In this document: positions 8,753-18,762 of the stretch, piece by piece | How the letters are laid out: each line of letters opens with the position of its first letter | Numbering within the stretch: position 1 is the stretch's first letter | DNA from: a bacterium | Lineage (GTDB): Archaea > Nanobdellota > Nanobdellia > Pacearchaeales > GW2011-AR1 | NCBI GenBank assembly: GCA_036833455.1 | Contig: DAITPU010000001.1 | Coordinates: 182,397 to 237,015 of the forward strand | Direction: 5' to 3' | Length of the DNA stretch: 54,619 nt | Position numbers and translations under genes: made by a program | Notes under the pieces: model-generated | Told to the model about the DNA's origin: nothing | The model's database searches: none | What the model saw: only the letters and a program-made list of their open reading frames with translations

Positions 8753-9841
8753 ATGTTTGGAAAATTAAGAGAAAAATTAAAAGCTTGGACTAGAAAGGTT
8801 TCTGATGTAGAAAATGAAATTTCAGATATCAGGAAAGAAAAACCTTCAAAAGAAATTAAAAAAGAAAAAGAAGAGTTTAAGGAAGCTAAAAAAAGAAAAG
8901 TAGATCCTGAAGAAAGGAAGATAGGGGATAAATTAATTAAAGATATAAAGAAAGAAGAACAAAAAAAAGAAAGCCGTTCTTTTATAGAAAAAATTTTTTC
9001 CTCAAAAAAAGAAATCTCTGAAGATCAATTTGAAACTTATTCAGAAGAGTTAGAAATGATTCTATTAGAAAATAATGTAGCTTTAGAAGTTTCCGAAAAG
9101 ATAATAAAAAAATTAAAAGAAGAGATGGTTGGAAAAGAAATTGAAAAAAAAGAAATTGAAGGAAAAATCTATGAAAATTTAAAAAACATTTTAGACGAAA
9201 TTTTAGTAGAACCTTTTGAAATTCTAAAAGAAATTAAAGAAAAAAAAGGGGTTTATACAATTTTATTTTGCGGCATTAATGGAGCCGGAAAAACAACTAC
9301 AATTGCTAAATTTGCAAAACTTTTAGAGCAAAATAAAATCAAATGTGTTTTAGGAGCAGCAGATACTTTTCGTGCAGCATCTATAGAACAGTTAAAAAAA
9401 CACGGAGAAAAACTGGAAGTTCCTGTAATTGCACATAATTACGGAGCAGATCCTGCTGCAGTGGGATTTGATACCATAAAATATGCAGAAAAAAATAACA
9501 TAAAAGTTGCATTAATAGATACTGCAGGAAGAATGCATACTGCAAAAAATTTACTTAGAGAAATGGAAAAAATAAAAAGAGTCACAAAACCAGATAGGAC
9601 TATATTTTTAGGAGAATCAATAACTGGAAATGATTCTACAGATCAAATTAAAGCATTTCATGAAACAATAGGAATAGATGGAATCATATTAAGCAAAGCA
9701 GACATTGATGAAAAAGGCGGAACTGCTTTAAGCGTGGGTTACACTACAGGAAAACCAATACTCTTTCTTGGAACAGGACAAAACTATGAAGATTTAGAAC
9801 CATTTAATAAAAAGAAATTTATTGAAAAATTGGGATTATAA
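8753..9841 (+). CDS. ftsY: Signal recognition particle receptor FtsY
   Basis: Charged N-terminal region, GINGAGKTTT, DTFRAA, DTAGR, SKAD...KGG, GTGQ.Y.DL. Confidence 0.96.
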   Translation: MFGKLREKLKAWTRKVSDVENEISDIRKEKPSKEIKKEKEEFKEAKKRKVDPEERKIGDKLIKDIKKEEQKKESRSFIEKIFSSKKEISEDQFETYSEELEMILLENNVALEVSEKIIKKLKEEMVGKEIEKKEIEGKIYENLKNILDEILVEPFEILKEIKEKKGVYTILFCGINGAGKTTTIAKFAKLLEQNKIKCVLGAADTFRAASIEQLKKHGEKLEVPVIAHNYGADPAAVGFDTIKYAEKNNIKVALIDTAGRMHTAKNLLREMEKIKRVTKPDRTIFLGESITGNDSTDQIKAFHETIGIDGIILSKADIDEKGGTALSVGYTTGKPILFLGTGQNYEDLEPFNKKKFIEKLGL

Positions 9842-9843
9842 AA

Positions 9844-10236
9844 ATGAAAAAAACAAGCATAAAAAGATCAGAAATTATTTTCCCCCTTGCAGCTCTAATT
9901 TTATTCTATACTATAATTTTCTTCTTATTAAAAAATAAATTCTCCTACGAAGAGAAAGTTATTTTTTCGATTACGCTTTTCCTAATTATGATCTTTGACT
10001 ATCTAAGAATTTTTAGCAAAAGATTTAGAAATTTTTTGGAAACTAAAACTGTAAAAGTGATTAGAAAATTGGGAATGATTATTGGATTTTTATTTGCAAT
10101 ATTAATTTCTTGCCTTTCTATTAGAGCCTACCTCTCTACTAGTTCAATCATATATATTTTCATTAGCATATTTTTCATATTTGGTTCAATACTGATTTTA
10201 TGGGAAATCCTACAAACCCAAAAACCCTATAAATAA
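9844..10236 (+). CDS. Hypothetical membrane protein, about four TM segments
   Basis: Hydrophobic segments with Lys-rich loops; lies between ftsY and srp54. Confidence 0.65.
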   Translation: MKKTSIKRSEIIFPLAALILFYTIIFFLLKNKFSYEEKVIFSITLFLIMIFDYLRIFSKRFRNFLETKTVKVIRKLGMIIGFLFAILISCLSIRAYLSTSSIIYIFISIFFIFGSILILWEILQTQKPYK

Positions 10237-10254
10237 ACAAAACCCCTTAATTCT

Positions 10255-11622
10255 ATGCTAGAAAAATTAGGAAATGCAATAAAAAAGGCCACGGATAGAA
10301 TTTCGAATGCAATTTTTTTAGATAAATCTTTAGTTGATGAAATAGTTAGAGAACTTCAAAGATCCTTAATTGAAGCAGATGTAAACATCTTATTAGTAAA
10401 ACAATTATCTGAAAAATTAAGAAAAATTGCTTTTGATGAAAAAATAAAAGGAATTGAAAAAAAAGAACATTTAATTAAAGCTCTTCATGATGAATTAGTT
10501 TCAATTTTAGGAGAGAAAAAAGATCTTATTTTAAAAGAGAAACAAAATAAAATCGTTCTCTTAGGTTTATATGCTGCAGGTAAAACTACAACAATTGCAA
10601 AGTTAGCAAACTATTATCAGAAAAGAGGAAAAAAAGTAGCAATACTAGGATTAGATGTTCATAGACCGGCGGCAAAAGAACAATTATTACAATTAGGAAA
10701 GGAAAATAATTTAACAATTTTTGTGGACAAGGAAGAAACAAATGCATTAAAAACTTGGAAAAAAATTAAACCAAAATTAGAGAAATACGAAATAATTTTA
10801 ATTGATACTGCAGGAAGACACGATTTAGACAAAGAATTAGTTAAAGAAATCAAAGATTTAACTAAAGAAATTAAACCTCAAGAAAAAATATTAGTTATAC
10901 AGGCGGATATTGGCCAAGCTGCAAAAAAACAAGCCCAAGAATTCAAAGAGGCTGTCAATGTTACAGGAGTAATAATCACAAGAATGGATTCCACAGCAAA
11001 AGGAGGAGGAGCTTTATCAGCTTGCTCAGAAACAAAAGCCCCAGTATATTTCATAACTAATGGAGAAAAAATAAATGATTTAGAAGAGTTTAATCCAAAA
11101 AATTTTCTTTCAAGACTTCTTGGAATGGGAGATCTTAATGCTCTAATAGAAAAAGTAAGATCAATAACTGGAGAAGACAAACAAGCAGAAATTCAAAAAA
11201 AGATTCAAGAAGGAGAACTTTCTTTAGAAGATGTCGTTGAACAAGTTAAATCTATGAATAAACTGGGAGGATTTTCAAAATTAAAGGCAATGATTCCTGG
11301 AATGGAAAAGGCCAAAATTTCTGAAGAAAAATTGGGAGCTCAAGAACAAAAAATAAAGAGGTGGGAACACATATTGAATTCGATGACTCAAGAAGAAAAA
11401 AAACAGCCGACAATAATTTTAAAACAAACAAAAAGAATCTCAAGAATCGCAAAAGGAGCGGGAGTTAATACTTCAGATGTTAGAAGCTTGCTAAAACAGT
11501 ATGAATTACTTCAATCTATGATAAAAGATTCAACAAAAAATAATTTTTCAGAAGGAATGGATCAAAAACAAATGCAAAAAATGATAAAGAAATTAGGAAA
11601 AATAAAAAAAATAAAATTTTAA
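10255..11622 (+). CDS. srp54: Signal recognition particle protein SRP54
   Basis: SLIEADVN, GLYAAGKTTT, DVHRPAA, DTAGRH, TRMDSTAKGG; M domain with NSMT.EE and RIAKGAG. Confidence 0.95.
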   Translation: MLEKLGNAIKKATDRISNAIFLDKSLVDEIVRELQRSLIEADVNILLVKQLSEKLRKIAFDEKIKGIEKKEHLIKALHDELVSILGEKKDLILKEKQNKIVLLGLYAAGKTTTIAKLANYYQKRGKKVAILGLDVHRPAAKEQLLQLGKENNLTIFVDKEETNALKTWKKIKPKLEKYEIILIDTAGRHDLDKELVKEIKDLTKEIKPQEKILVIQADIGQAAKKQAQEFKEAVNVTGVIITRMDSTAKGGGALSACSETKAPVYFITNGEKINDLEEFNPKNFLSRLLGMGDLNALIEKVRSITGEDKQAEIQKKIQEGELSLEDVVEQVKSMNKLGGFSKLKAMIPGMEKAKISEEKLGAQEQKIKRWEHILNSMTQEEKKQPTIILKQTKRISRIAKGAGVNTSDVRSLLKQYELLQSMIKDSTKNNFSEGMDQKQMQKMIKKLGKIKKIKF

Positions 11623-11623
11623 A

Positions 11624-12229
11624 ATGAAAAAAATTTCTTCTGGGGCTGAAGCAATAATTTACCTCGATAAAAATAAAATAATAAAACACAGAATTTCAAA
11701 GTCCTATCGCCATCCTGAATTAGACAAAAAAATAATAAAACAAAGAACAAAAGCTGAAATAAAAATATTGATTTCTGCTTCAAAAATTGTTTCTGTACCT
11801 TTACCCGAAACTAAAAAAGAAGAAAGCAAAATAATTATGCCGTTAATAAAAGGAGATAAACTATCTGAAAAATTAGATACTTATGCTTTAGAAAAACAAA
11901 AAAAATTGATGTTTAACTTGGGAAAAGAAACCGCAAGCTTACATAAAGCAGGAATTATACATGGAGATTTAACTACTAGCAATTTAATCTATAAAGATAA
12001 AAAAATATATTTTATAGATTTTGGATTAGGTTCTCTTAATGGAAAATATGAAGATAAAGGGGTTGATTTGCATCTCCTTTCTCAAGCAATTGATGCGAAA
12101 CATCCTAAAAATTCAAAGAAACTATTTGAAAATTTTAAAAAAGGATATTCTTCTAAAGACAAAGAAGAAGCAGAAAAAATTTTTGAAAAATTAGAAAAAA
12201 TTGAAAGAAGAAGAAGGTACAAACATTAA
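11624..12229 (+). CDS. bud32: KEOPS kinase Bud32 (stand-alone)
   Basis: GAEA, K.RISK.YRHPELD, HGDLTTSN, IDFGLG, DKGVDL, RRRY. Confidence 0.93.
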   Translation: MKKISSGAEAIIYLDKNKIIKHRISKSYRHPELDKKIIKQRTKAEIKILISASKIVSVPLPETKKEESKIIMPLIKGDKLSEKLDTYALEKQKKLMFNLGKETASLHKAGIIHGDLTTSNLIYKDKKIYFIDFGLGSLNGKYEDKGVDLHLLSQAIDAKHPKNSKKLFENFKKGYSSKDKEEAEKIFEKLEKIERRRRYKH

Positions 12230-15200
12230 TTTAATAAATTGCATCTTTGCCCAACATAAGAATTTGTTGAATTTATTCCATTCAAATATTTTGCAATGAG
12301 CAGGGCATCAGCAGAATTTATATTATTATCTTTGTTTGTATCTAAGCAACAAACATTCTCATAAGGAGAAATTCTTTGTACAAAAATATTCAATATTGTT
12401 GAAGCATCATCGATATCAATTTGCCCATCGCCATTCGCATCTCCAATTAAAGAATTATTAAGACACCTATAATATTTAACTATTCCTGTATTTTGGGGAT
12501 TTGCATTCCACATGGGCCATAAATTTTGATGAGTATTATTTGTTTTCCAAGATTTTACTTTTAATCCATAAATAGTTCCTCCAAAACTTCCTGATCCAAA
12601 AAACATCTCCAGTAAACCATCTCCGTCTATATCTTCAATTGCTAATCCAGAATTCAAAGAAACGTCAAAATCTAAAGGAAAACCTTCTAGCATATTACCT
12701 TCTATATCCCATGCATAAATTTTTCCATTAGGAGAAATGGTTAGAATATCTTGTTTTCCATCACCATTAACATCTGCTATTTGAGGAGAACCCTCAAAAT
12801 AAGGATTTACTTCTTGAGGCCACCCGCTTGAAATAATTGGGATAAAAGAAGATCCAGAAACATCTAAAAAAGAAACATAATTTTTATTAATGTTTGTAAA
12901 AGAAGAGATAACTTGTTCAATCCCTTCATTTTTCAAGTCAACAATCGTTAATTTTGATGAAGGATAATCATTGTTTGGATAAGTATTATGATTTCCTGTA
13001 TTTAAATCAATTTTTGTTAAAATTGCTCCCTGCTGATAAAAGAAGTAATTTCTATTGTTTTTAAAGTCATTAAGTATGTATGCATCCAAGTCTCCTCTAG
13101 GAACAAGATACTTAGAAGAAGTAGATGAAGTTAAATTTTTCTTTAGGATGCCTTTATCTGAATAAACCAAAACATATTTATCTCTATGAAAAATAATTAT
13201 CTCTTTTTTTCCATCTCCATCTAAATCATAAACTTTTGGAAAAGAGGCAAAATAGTTTTCATTTATTGGCCAACCTTCTTTATAACTTCCATTTCCCTCC
13301 AAAACTGCAAGAGTATCAAAGCGAATGTTTTCAATAGGACCAAGATCCTCCCCTATTGCAACAACTACCTCAAAATTTCCGTCGTTATCTAAATCTATTA
13401 ATGAAGAACTTCCTCTTGTTTGTCTCAAAGAAGTAAAATTATAAGAATAATTATTAAACACAAAAGGATCACAATTATTATTCCACCCCAATACAGGAGA
13501 TCCATCTTCTTTAAATGCAAATCCACAAAAACTTTTAGAACTATCATTATAAAAAAATCCTGCCCAAGGAATAGAAATTATTTCTTTTTTACCATCCCCA
13601 TCTATATCTCCTACTAGAGGGGGTGCGATGGGAACCCCTTCTCCAGAACTAACTCCTGATCCAGTATCTATAGGCCATCCAGATAAAAGAACTCCTTTTG
13701 AATCCCAAACAGAAATTATGCCCCCAAGATCAACAATAATTTCTTTTTTACCATCTCCATTTATATCTTCTAAAATAGGGGTTGAACCCACTGAATATTG
13801 ACGAGCATCCTCGATTTTATTAGGCCATCCATCTAAGATCTCAAAATAAGAAGAATAAGTCATATTGGCAAAAAGTTCATTAGTTACATTTTTTACTATA
13901 CTAACATTAACAAAAAATGTTTTGCAAAGAGTATTTGTTATTTTAATCTCTCTTTCTCCAGAATCTAACTTTAATAAAAAAGAATCGTGAATAATCTTGC
14001 CCCTATAAGAATACTTTCCAGTGTTTAAATTCTTAACATAAACTTTTGATTCGGGAATATTTGAAGAAATATTTAAAAATCCATAATTTTTAGAAGAAAC
14101 ACAACTATCTGTCAAAGAGAAATTCGAATCTTCGCAATCTGGAATCGGATTATTTGAACAAGAAATAGGACAATTATTTGGTTTCTGATCTCCTGTTCCC
14201 CAATAACAAAATCCGTCCTGATCATTATCTTCGCAAGAAATGTTATTTGGGTTTGGAATTAAAGGGCCAGTTACAGCAAAAAGCAAAAATGATTCAATAT
14301 ATGAATCTCCTATAGCTATCCTAAAATATCCATTTTCTCCCCATCCACTCCCCCAACTATTTTTAACAATCCAATAAGAAAGTCCGTCCTCCTCTCCATA
14401 TCCTACAATTAAAACTGCATGAGCTCCTAAAATTACATCTATAGAATGAGAATAAATTCCTCCAGAATAACTAGGAAAATCCTGATACACAATCATTCCT
14501 GCTTCAACAGGACCTTTTTCAACTAGAGTTCTTTTCAAAGATTCAATATCTTGTAAAGGGACTAGTTTATAATTTGTAATAGCAAAAGAAGTCTGATTCC
14601 AATTAGAACATTTTTGAGAGCAATAGACAGGCCCTGTTGAACAAGATCCATGGCCAAGGGCATCACAAGCTACATAAGGGAAGCATGATTCTAACACAGC
14701 TTTATTTATTTGTAAATACTTAAATAAATTTAAAAAACCTGGTACAGAAAGACCGTGGCATCCCCCTGGATGAAAACAAGAAATTAAATCCTGCTCAGAC
14801 AAATTTAAATCCAAATATTGATTATAATATGTGTTTGCTTGGCCCTCGACTAATCCCAAAGTCCCAAAAGCCCAACAACTTCCACAAGAAGCTTGATTTT
14901 TAACTGGAGTTATATAATTTTTCCCATGGACATTTCTCCAATCAAATTCCAGAGGAAGTTCTGAAAAATTAGTAGAATTTTGCACGCTAAAACCCGTAAT
15001 TTTTACATCGATTATGCCTTTTAAAAATAAAAAAGATTTGGAAAAAATTTTATTCAGAGGATTAAATAAAAAAGTAAGAACCTCTCCTTCCTTAATTAAA
15101 AAAAATTTATTTTCTTTATTTTCATAAAATTCAGAAGAGGGATTAGAAATAAAAGAAGATAAATCTCCCTTAAATTCTAACTCTCTAATAATTTCTTCAT

Positions 15201-15588
15201 CAATTTCAATTCCAAGATATCTTTTTTGATCTTCAACACTTAATTTAGAAATTTCATTTTCTTCTGCAACCCAATCTAAACCTGAATCTTCTATCTGATT
15301 ATTGATTTCCTCTACAGAAATTTCATTTGTTGCAAAAGAACTAGGAATGAAGGGATTCTCAGAAGGATTTGGAATCTCAATTGGAGTAGAATCTTTATTT
15401 ATGGAAACAGAATCTTTTGAAGCTTTATTTGTTTTAGAATCAAACTCAAAAGAAGAGGGCAATCCCTGTGAATTTTTTTTAAAAACTCCATTGCTTGCAA
15501 AAACCATTACAAATGCTATTAAAGCTACAACAAGAAAGACCGTAGCCAAAATTTCAATCCCCCCTTTTTTATGGAAAAAGTTAAACAT
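12226..15588 (-). CDS. Secreted multidomain C1A (papain-like) cysteine protease with PEGA-like domain, FG-GAP/VCBS-type repeats and C-terminal dockerin-like domain
   Basis: QASCGSCWAF, HAVLIVGYG, KNSWG.WGE.GY; several DxxGDGxxEI/V repeats; paired Ca-binding loops GDANGDGQIDIDDA and DTNKDNNINSADAL; N-terminal TM. Confidence 0.92.
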   Translation of the reverse strand: MFNFFHKKGGIEILATVFLVVALIAFVMVFASNGVFKKNSQGLPSSFEFDSKTNKASKDSVSINKDSTPIEIPNPSENPFIPSSFATNEISVEEINNQIEDSGLDWVAEENEISKLSVEDQKRYLGIEIDEEIIRELEFKGDLSSFISNPSSEFYENKENKFFLIKEGEVLTFLFNPLNKIFSKSFLFLKGIIDVKITGFSVQNSTNFSELPLEFDWRNVHGKNYITPVKNQASCGSCWAFGTLGLVEGQANTYYNQYLDLNLSEQDLISCFHPGGCHGLSVPGFLNLFKYLQINKAVLESCFPYVACDALGHGSCSTGPVYCSQKCSNWNQTSFAITNYKLVPLQDIESLKRTLVEKGPVEAGMIVYQDFPSYSGGIYSHSIDVILGAHAVLIVGYGEEDGLSYWIVKNSWGSGWGENGYFRIAIGDSYIESFLLFAVTGPLIPNPNNISCEDNDQDGFCYWGTGDQKPNNCPISCSNNPIPDCEDSNFSLTDSCVSSKNYGFLNISSNIPESKVYVKNLNTGKYSYRGKIIHDSFLLKLDSGEREIKITNTLCKTFFVNVSIVKNVTNELFANMTYSSYFEILDGWPNKIEDARQYSVGSTPILEDINGDGKKEIIVDLGGIISVWDSKGVLLSGWPIDTGSGVSSGEGVPIAPPLVGDIDGDGKKEIISIPWAGFFYNDSSKSFCGFAFKEDGSPVLGWNNNCDPFVFNNYSYNFTSLRQTRGSSSLIDLDNDGNFEVVVAIGEDLGPIENIRFDTLAVLEGNGSYKEGWPINENYFASFPKVYDLDGDGKKEIIIFHRDKYVLVYSDKGILKKNLTSSTSSKYLVPRGDLDAYILNDFKNNRNYFFYQQGAILTKIDLNTGNHNTYPNNDYPSSKLTIVDLKNEGIEQVISSFTNINKNYVSFLDVSGSSFIPIISSGWPQEVNPYFEGSPQIADVNGDGKQDILTISPNGKIYAWDIEGNMLEGFPLDFDVSLNSGLAIEDIDGDGLLEMFFGSGSFGGTIYGLKVKSWKTNNTHQNLWPMWNANPQNTGIVKYYRCLNNSLIGDANGDGQIDIDDASTILNIFVQRISPYENVCCLDTNKDNNINSADALLIAKYLNGINSTNSYVGQRCNLLN

Positions 15589-15637
15589 AATTATTCATCA
15601 TTAATTAAATATATAAATACTTCTCTAAAAAATAAAA

Positions 15638-15710
15638 TAGCCCCACCCGGATTCGAACCGGGGTCTCCGGCTCCAAAGGCCGATATACTTGACCACTGTA
15701 CTATGGGGCT
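15638..15710 (-). tRNA. tRNA-Gln(TTG), no intron, CCA not encoded
   Basis: Reverse complement folds: acceptor AGCCCCA/TGGGGCT, anticodon loop CT-TTG-GA, T arm CCCGG-TTCGAAT-CCGGG. Confidence 0.97.
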
Positions 15711-15862
15711 ACATTTAAAAGACCCTGAATCGATTTATAAGTTTTTCCTGTCCTTTTAACTAAGAAACAGAAACATGTTTTTTTCACCAAAAAATCCCAA
15801 ATAGGTTATGTCTTTTTCACGTGCTCGAAAATAAATATAAAAATATCTGAATATAAATAAAT

Positions 15863-16108
15863 ATGAAAACAGCATATCTGTATTGCAAAACAGGGGAAGC
15901 TGAGAAAAAAAATAAATACGCTTTTACAGTGTATTTATGGAAAGGTAAAAAGGGGTCAGGAATTTTATCCAAAAAGTTTTTTCAAGGAAAAAATAAAATG
16001 AAAGTTAATATCCTTGAAGAAAACGGAGACACTTCCACAATCCTTTTTCCAAAAAAAATTATGAACAAAGATGTAGCAATCGTTAATTCAGCTTACCTAA
16101 CTCTCTAA
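15863..16108 (+). CDS. Hypothetical protein
   Basis: 81-aa ORF, TATA-like ATATAAAA about 28 nt upstream; no recognised motif. Confidence 0.55.
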   Translation: MKTAYLYCKTGEAEKKNKYAFTVYLWKGKKGSGILSKKFFQGKNKMKVNILEENGDTSTILFPKKIMNKDVAIVNSAYLTL

Positions 16109-16127
16109 AATTTTATTTTTTTATTTT

Positions 16128-16925
16128 TTATTTTCCAAACAGTTCTGTATAAAAAATATCTCGGTTAATTTGAGGTTTAGAAGGCAAAATCTTAAAAAAT
16201 CTCTTAATTGTCCTAGGGTGTTGGAATTTCTCTCCAGCTATACATGAAGCTAATTTCCTGTACTCTAGTCCCAGTTCTGAATTAGGCCTAAGTTTAACTC
16301 CCGAAGTAAAATAAAATTGAGACTTAGGTACATTCAAATCGTGAGGTAAAAGTGCAAGAACTGGGACTTCACTTGTTTTTTCTATGTCTTCTAAACTAAG
16401 TTCAAACTTTTTTCTATACACTTTATTCAAAATTATCCCTTTTATTGGAGTTCCTCTTCTTTTAGCCACTTTTATTGCTTTTAGAGTCATACTAAGTGTG
16501 GAAAAATCAGGAGTGCTAATTACAAATAACTCATCTGAAGCATCAATAGTTGCTAAAGTCTCTTTATTTAAGGAAGGGGAAGAATCTATCAAAATAAAAT
16601 CATACTCTCTTTTTAATGAAGATAAATAAAATTTGAGCTTTAAAGGATCTATATTTTCTTTAGGAAAAACGCTAGATAAGATTAAATCAAAATAATCATG
16701 AGAATTTATTGCTTCTTTTATCCTTTTTTCACCACTTAAAACTTGATGAAGTGTTACGGGAGGATTTAGAAAATTTAAATGTGTTCCTAAATTAGGAGCC
16801 GAAAAATTAGCGTCAACAAGTAAAACTTTTTTACCAAATTCAGATAAAGCAAAACCTAAAGAAACTACACTAGAAGTTTTTCCAACTCCTCCTTTTAAAC
16901 TCAACACCCCTATAATTTTACCCAT
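16128..16925 (-). CDS. minD: MinD/ParA family ATPase
   Basis: Start reassigned to MGKIIG at 16925; deviant Walker A SLKGGVGKT, DANFSAPNL, LIDSSP, STPD, GIILNKV. Confidence 0.88.
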   Translation of the reverse strand: MGKIIGVLSLKGGVGKTSSVVSLGFALSEFGKKVLLVDANFSAPNLGTHLNFLNPPVTLHQVLSGEKRIKEAINSHDYFDLILSSVFPKENIDPLKLKFYLSSLKREYDFILIDSSPSLNKETLATIDASDELFVISTPDFSTLSMTLKAIKVAKRRGTPIKGIILNKVYRKKFELSLEDIEKTSEVPVLALLPHDLNVPKSQFYFTSGVKLRPNSELGLEYRKLASCIAGEKFQHPRTIKRFFKILPSKPQINRDIFYTELFGK

Positions 16926-17024
16926 AAAGTCTAAAGTTAAATTCAATTTAAATATGTTACTCGAAACACTAGTAACAAAAACAAGAAACAGAAAATTTAA
17001 AAACCAAAACCGCAACTAATTAAC

Positions 17025-17360
17025 ATGGTAAAAACAGAAGAAAAAACAAATAAAAAATTGACTCAGAAAGATTATGAAAAAAAAGTTTTAGATTTAGCAA
17101 AAGAAGGTTTGACTGCAGAAAAGATCGGACAGAGATTAAAAAACAATGGAATTCACCCTAAAGATTATGAAAAGAAAATAAAAGAGATCTTAGGTAAAGA
17201 ATATGTTGATCCAGAATTAAAAAATGTGCAAGAAAAACACGAAAAAATAAAGATTCATTACGAAAAAAATAAACAGGACAAACGAGCAAAAAGAGAAAAA
17301 GATAGAACTTTCTCGCACGTAAGAAAAATAAAAAAATATTTGGGTCTAATTAAGAAATAA
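17025..17360 (+). CDS. rps15: 30S ribosomal protein S15 (uS15/S13e), shortened
   Basis: VLDLAKEGLTAEKIG..L...GI and H...NK.D..AKR...RKIKKY; followed by a DHH gene as in the conserved archaeal cluster. Confidence 0.85.
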   Translation: MVKTEEKTNKKLTQKDYEKKVLDLAKEGLTAEKIGQRLKNNGIHPKDYEKKIKEILGKEYVDPELKNVQEKHEKIKIHYEKNKQDKRAKREKDRTFSHVRKIKKYLGLIKK

Positions 17361-17375
17361 GTTTGTTCTATCCTA

Positions 17376-18707
17376 ATGGAAAGAAGCTCATTAGAGGTGA
17401 AAATTAAAAACACTGCAAATTTATTTAAAGAGGAAATTAACGGAAAAGAAATTCAGATTATTAGTCATTTTGATACAGATGGAATATCTTCTGCAGCGAT
17501 AATTGTAAAAATGCTGAAACAGCTGAACCAAACTTTTTCTTTGAAAATTTTAAAGAGTTTGAACAAAGAAGATATTGATTCATTAGATAAAGAAAAAATA
17601 GCTCTTTTTTTAGATCTGGGTTCGGGCAGCCTAGAGTATTTAAAAAAATCAAAAATAAGAAAAATTTACATAATAGATCACCATGAAATTACAGAAGAAA
17701 TACCTTTAAATGTAGAAATAATAAATCCTTACTTACACGAAAAACAAAAAATTTCTACCTCTAGCTTAGCTTATCTCTTTTCAAGAGAAATAATTGGAAA
17801 GAATCATGAATTGGGAAAACTTGCAATAATAGGAATGATCGGAGATCAACTAGAAAAAGAGATAGATTCTCTAAATCACGGAATTTTAGAAGAATCCGAT
17901 ATTCACATAAAAAAAGGTTTGATGATTTATCCTTCAACAAGACCATTAAATAAAGTTTTAGAATTCACCCTAGATCCTTTCATTCCTGGAGTTACCGGTA
18001 ATCCCGAAGGAATCATTGATCTGTTAAGAGAGTCAAATCTTTCTCCAGAAAAAGGAAAATACAAGAGTTTAATCGAATTAACTGAAGAGGAAATGGAAAA
18101 ATTAGTGACATCTGTAATATTAAGAAACCCTAAGACAAAAAATAAAAAATTACTGGGAAATCTTTACTTAGTAAAGATGTTTGGAAAATTAGAAGATGCC
18201 AGAGAAATTTCTGCCAAGATAAATGCCTGTTCAAGAAACGGGGATCCCATGACTGCATTAAGTTTTTGTTTAGAAAATAATCTCTCCCGTAAAAAAGCCG
18301 ATTCAATCCATATAAAGCATAAACAACAAATAATTTCTGGATTAAAATTTATAGAAAATTCCCAAAAAATTTCCGGAAAAGGATTTGAAATAATAAATGC
18401 AAAAGACAAAATAAAAGATACAGTAATTGGAACGATTACAAGCATACTTGCAAATTCTCCAGAATATGAAGAATCAACCATCATTCTTGGTATGGCTTAT
18501 AATGGAAAAGAAATAAAAATTTCCGCAAGAAACGTTGGAAAAAGAGGAAGGAACGTAAGAGAAATTTTAGCAAAAACTATGAGTTTTTTCCAAGGGGAAG
18601 TGGGAGGCCATGAGTTTGCTGCAGGTTGTACGATTCCTTTTGATAAAGAAGATGAATTTATCGAAAAGGTAAAAAAAGAATTGGAAATAGAAGTTATTAA
18701 AATTTAA
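17376..18707 (+). CDS. DHH/DHHA1 phosphoesterase, RecJ-like
   Basis: SHFDTDG, LDLGSG, IDHH, GMIGD, LINACSR-like KINACSR, ISARN, GGHEFAAG. Confidence 0.9.
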   Translation: MERSSLEVKIKNTANLFKEEINGKEIQIISHFDTDGISSAAIIVKMLKQLNQTFSLKILKSLNKEDIDSLDKEKIALFLDLGSGSLEYLKKSKIRKIYIIDHHEITEEIPLNVEIINPYLHEKQKISTSSLAYLFSREIIGKNHELGKLAIIGMIGDQLEKEIDSLNHGILEESDIHIKKGLMIYPSTRPLNKVLEFTLDPFIPGVTGNPEGIIDLLRESNLSPEKGKYKSLIELTEEEMEKLVTSVILRNPKTKNKKLLGNLYLVKMFGKLEDAREISAKINACSRNGDPMTALSFCLENNLSRKKADSIHIKHKQQIISGLKFIENSQKISGKGFEIINAKDKIKDTVIGTITSILANSPEYEESTIILGMAYNGKEIKISARNVGKRGRNVREILAKTMSFFQGEVGGHEFAAGCTIPFDKEDEFIEKVKKELEIEVIKI

Positions 18708-18733
18708 TTTATTCCTGACGCAAATACGCAACC

Positions 18734-18746
18734 TTTAAAACCAAAG
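18734..18746 (+). promoter_or_regulatory. TATA-like box TTTAAAACCAAAG for aIF2-alpha
   Basis: Starts 29 nt upstream of the ATG at 18763. Confidence 0.55.
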
Positions 18747-18762
18747 CATTTCTTAAAAAATA

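Noticed and set aside
12226-15710. Possible tRNA-Gln-anchored genomic island carrying the protease
   Set aside because: I found no duplicated tRNA 3' end (att site), integrase or transposase at the bud32 side; the adjacency alone is weak evidence.
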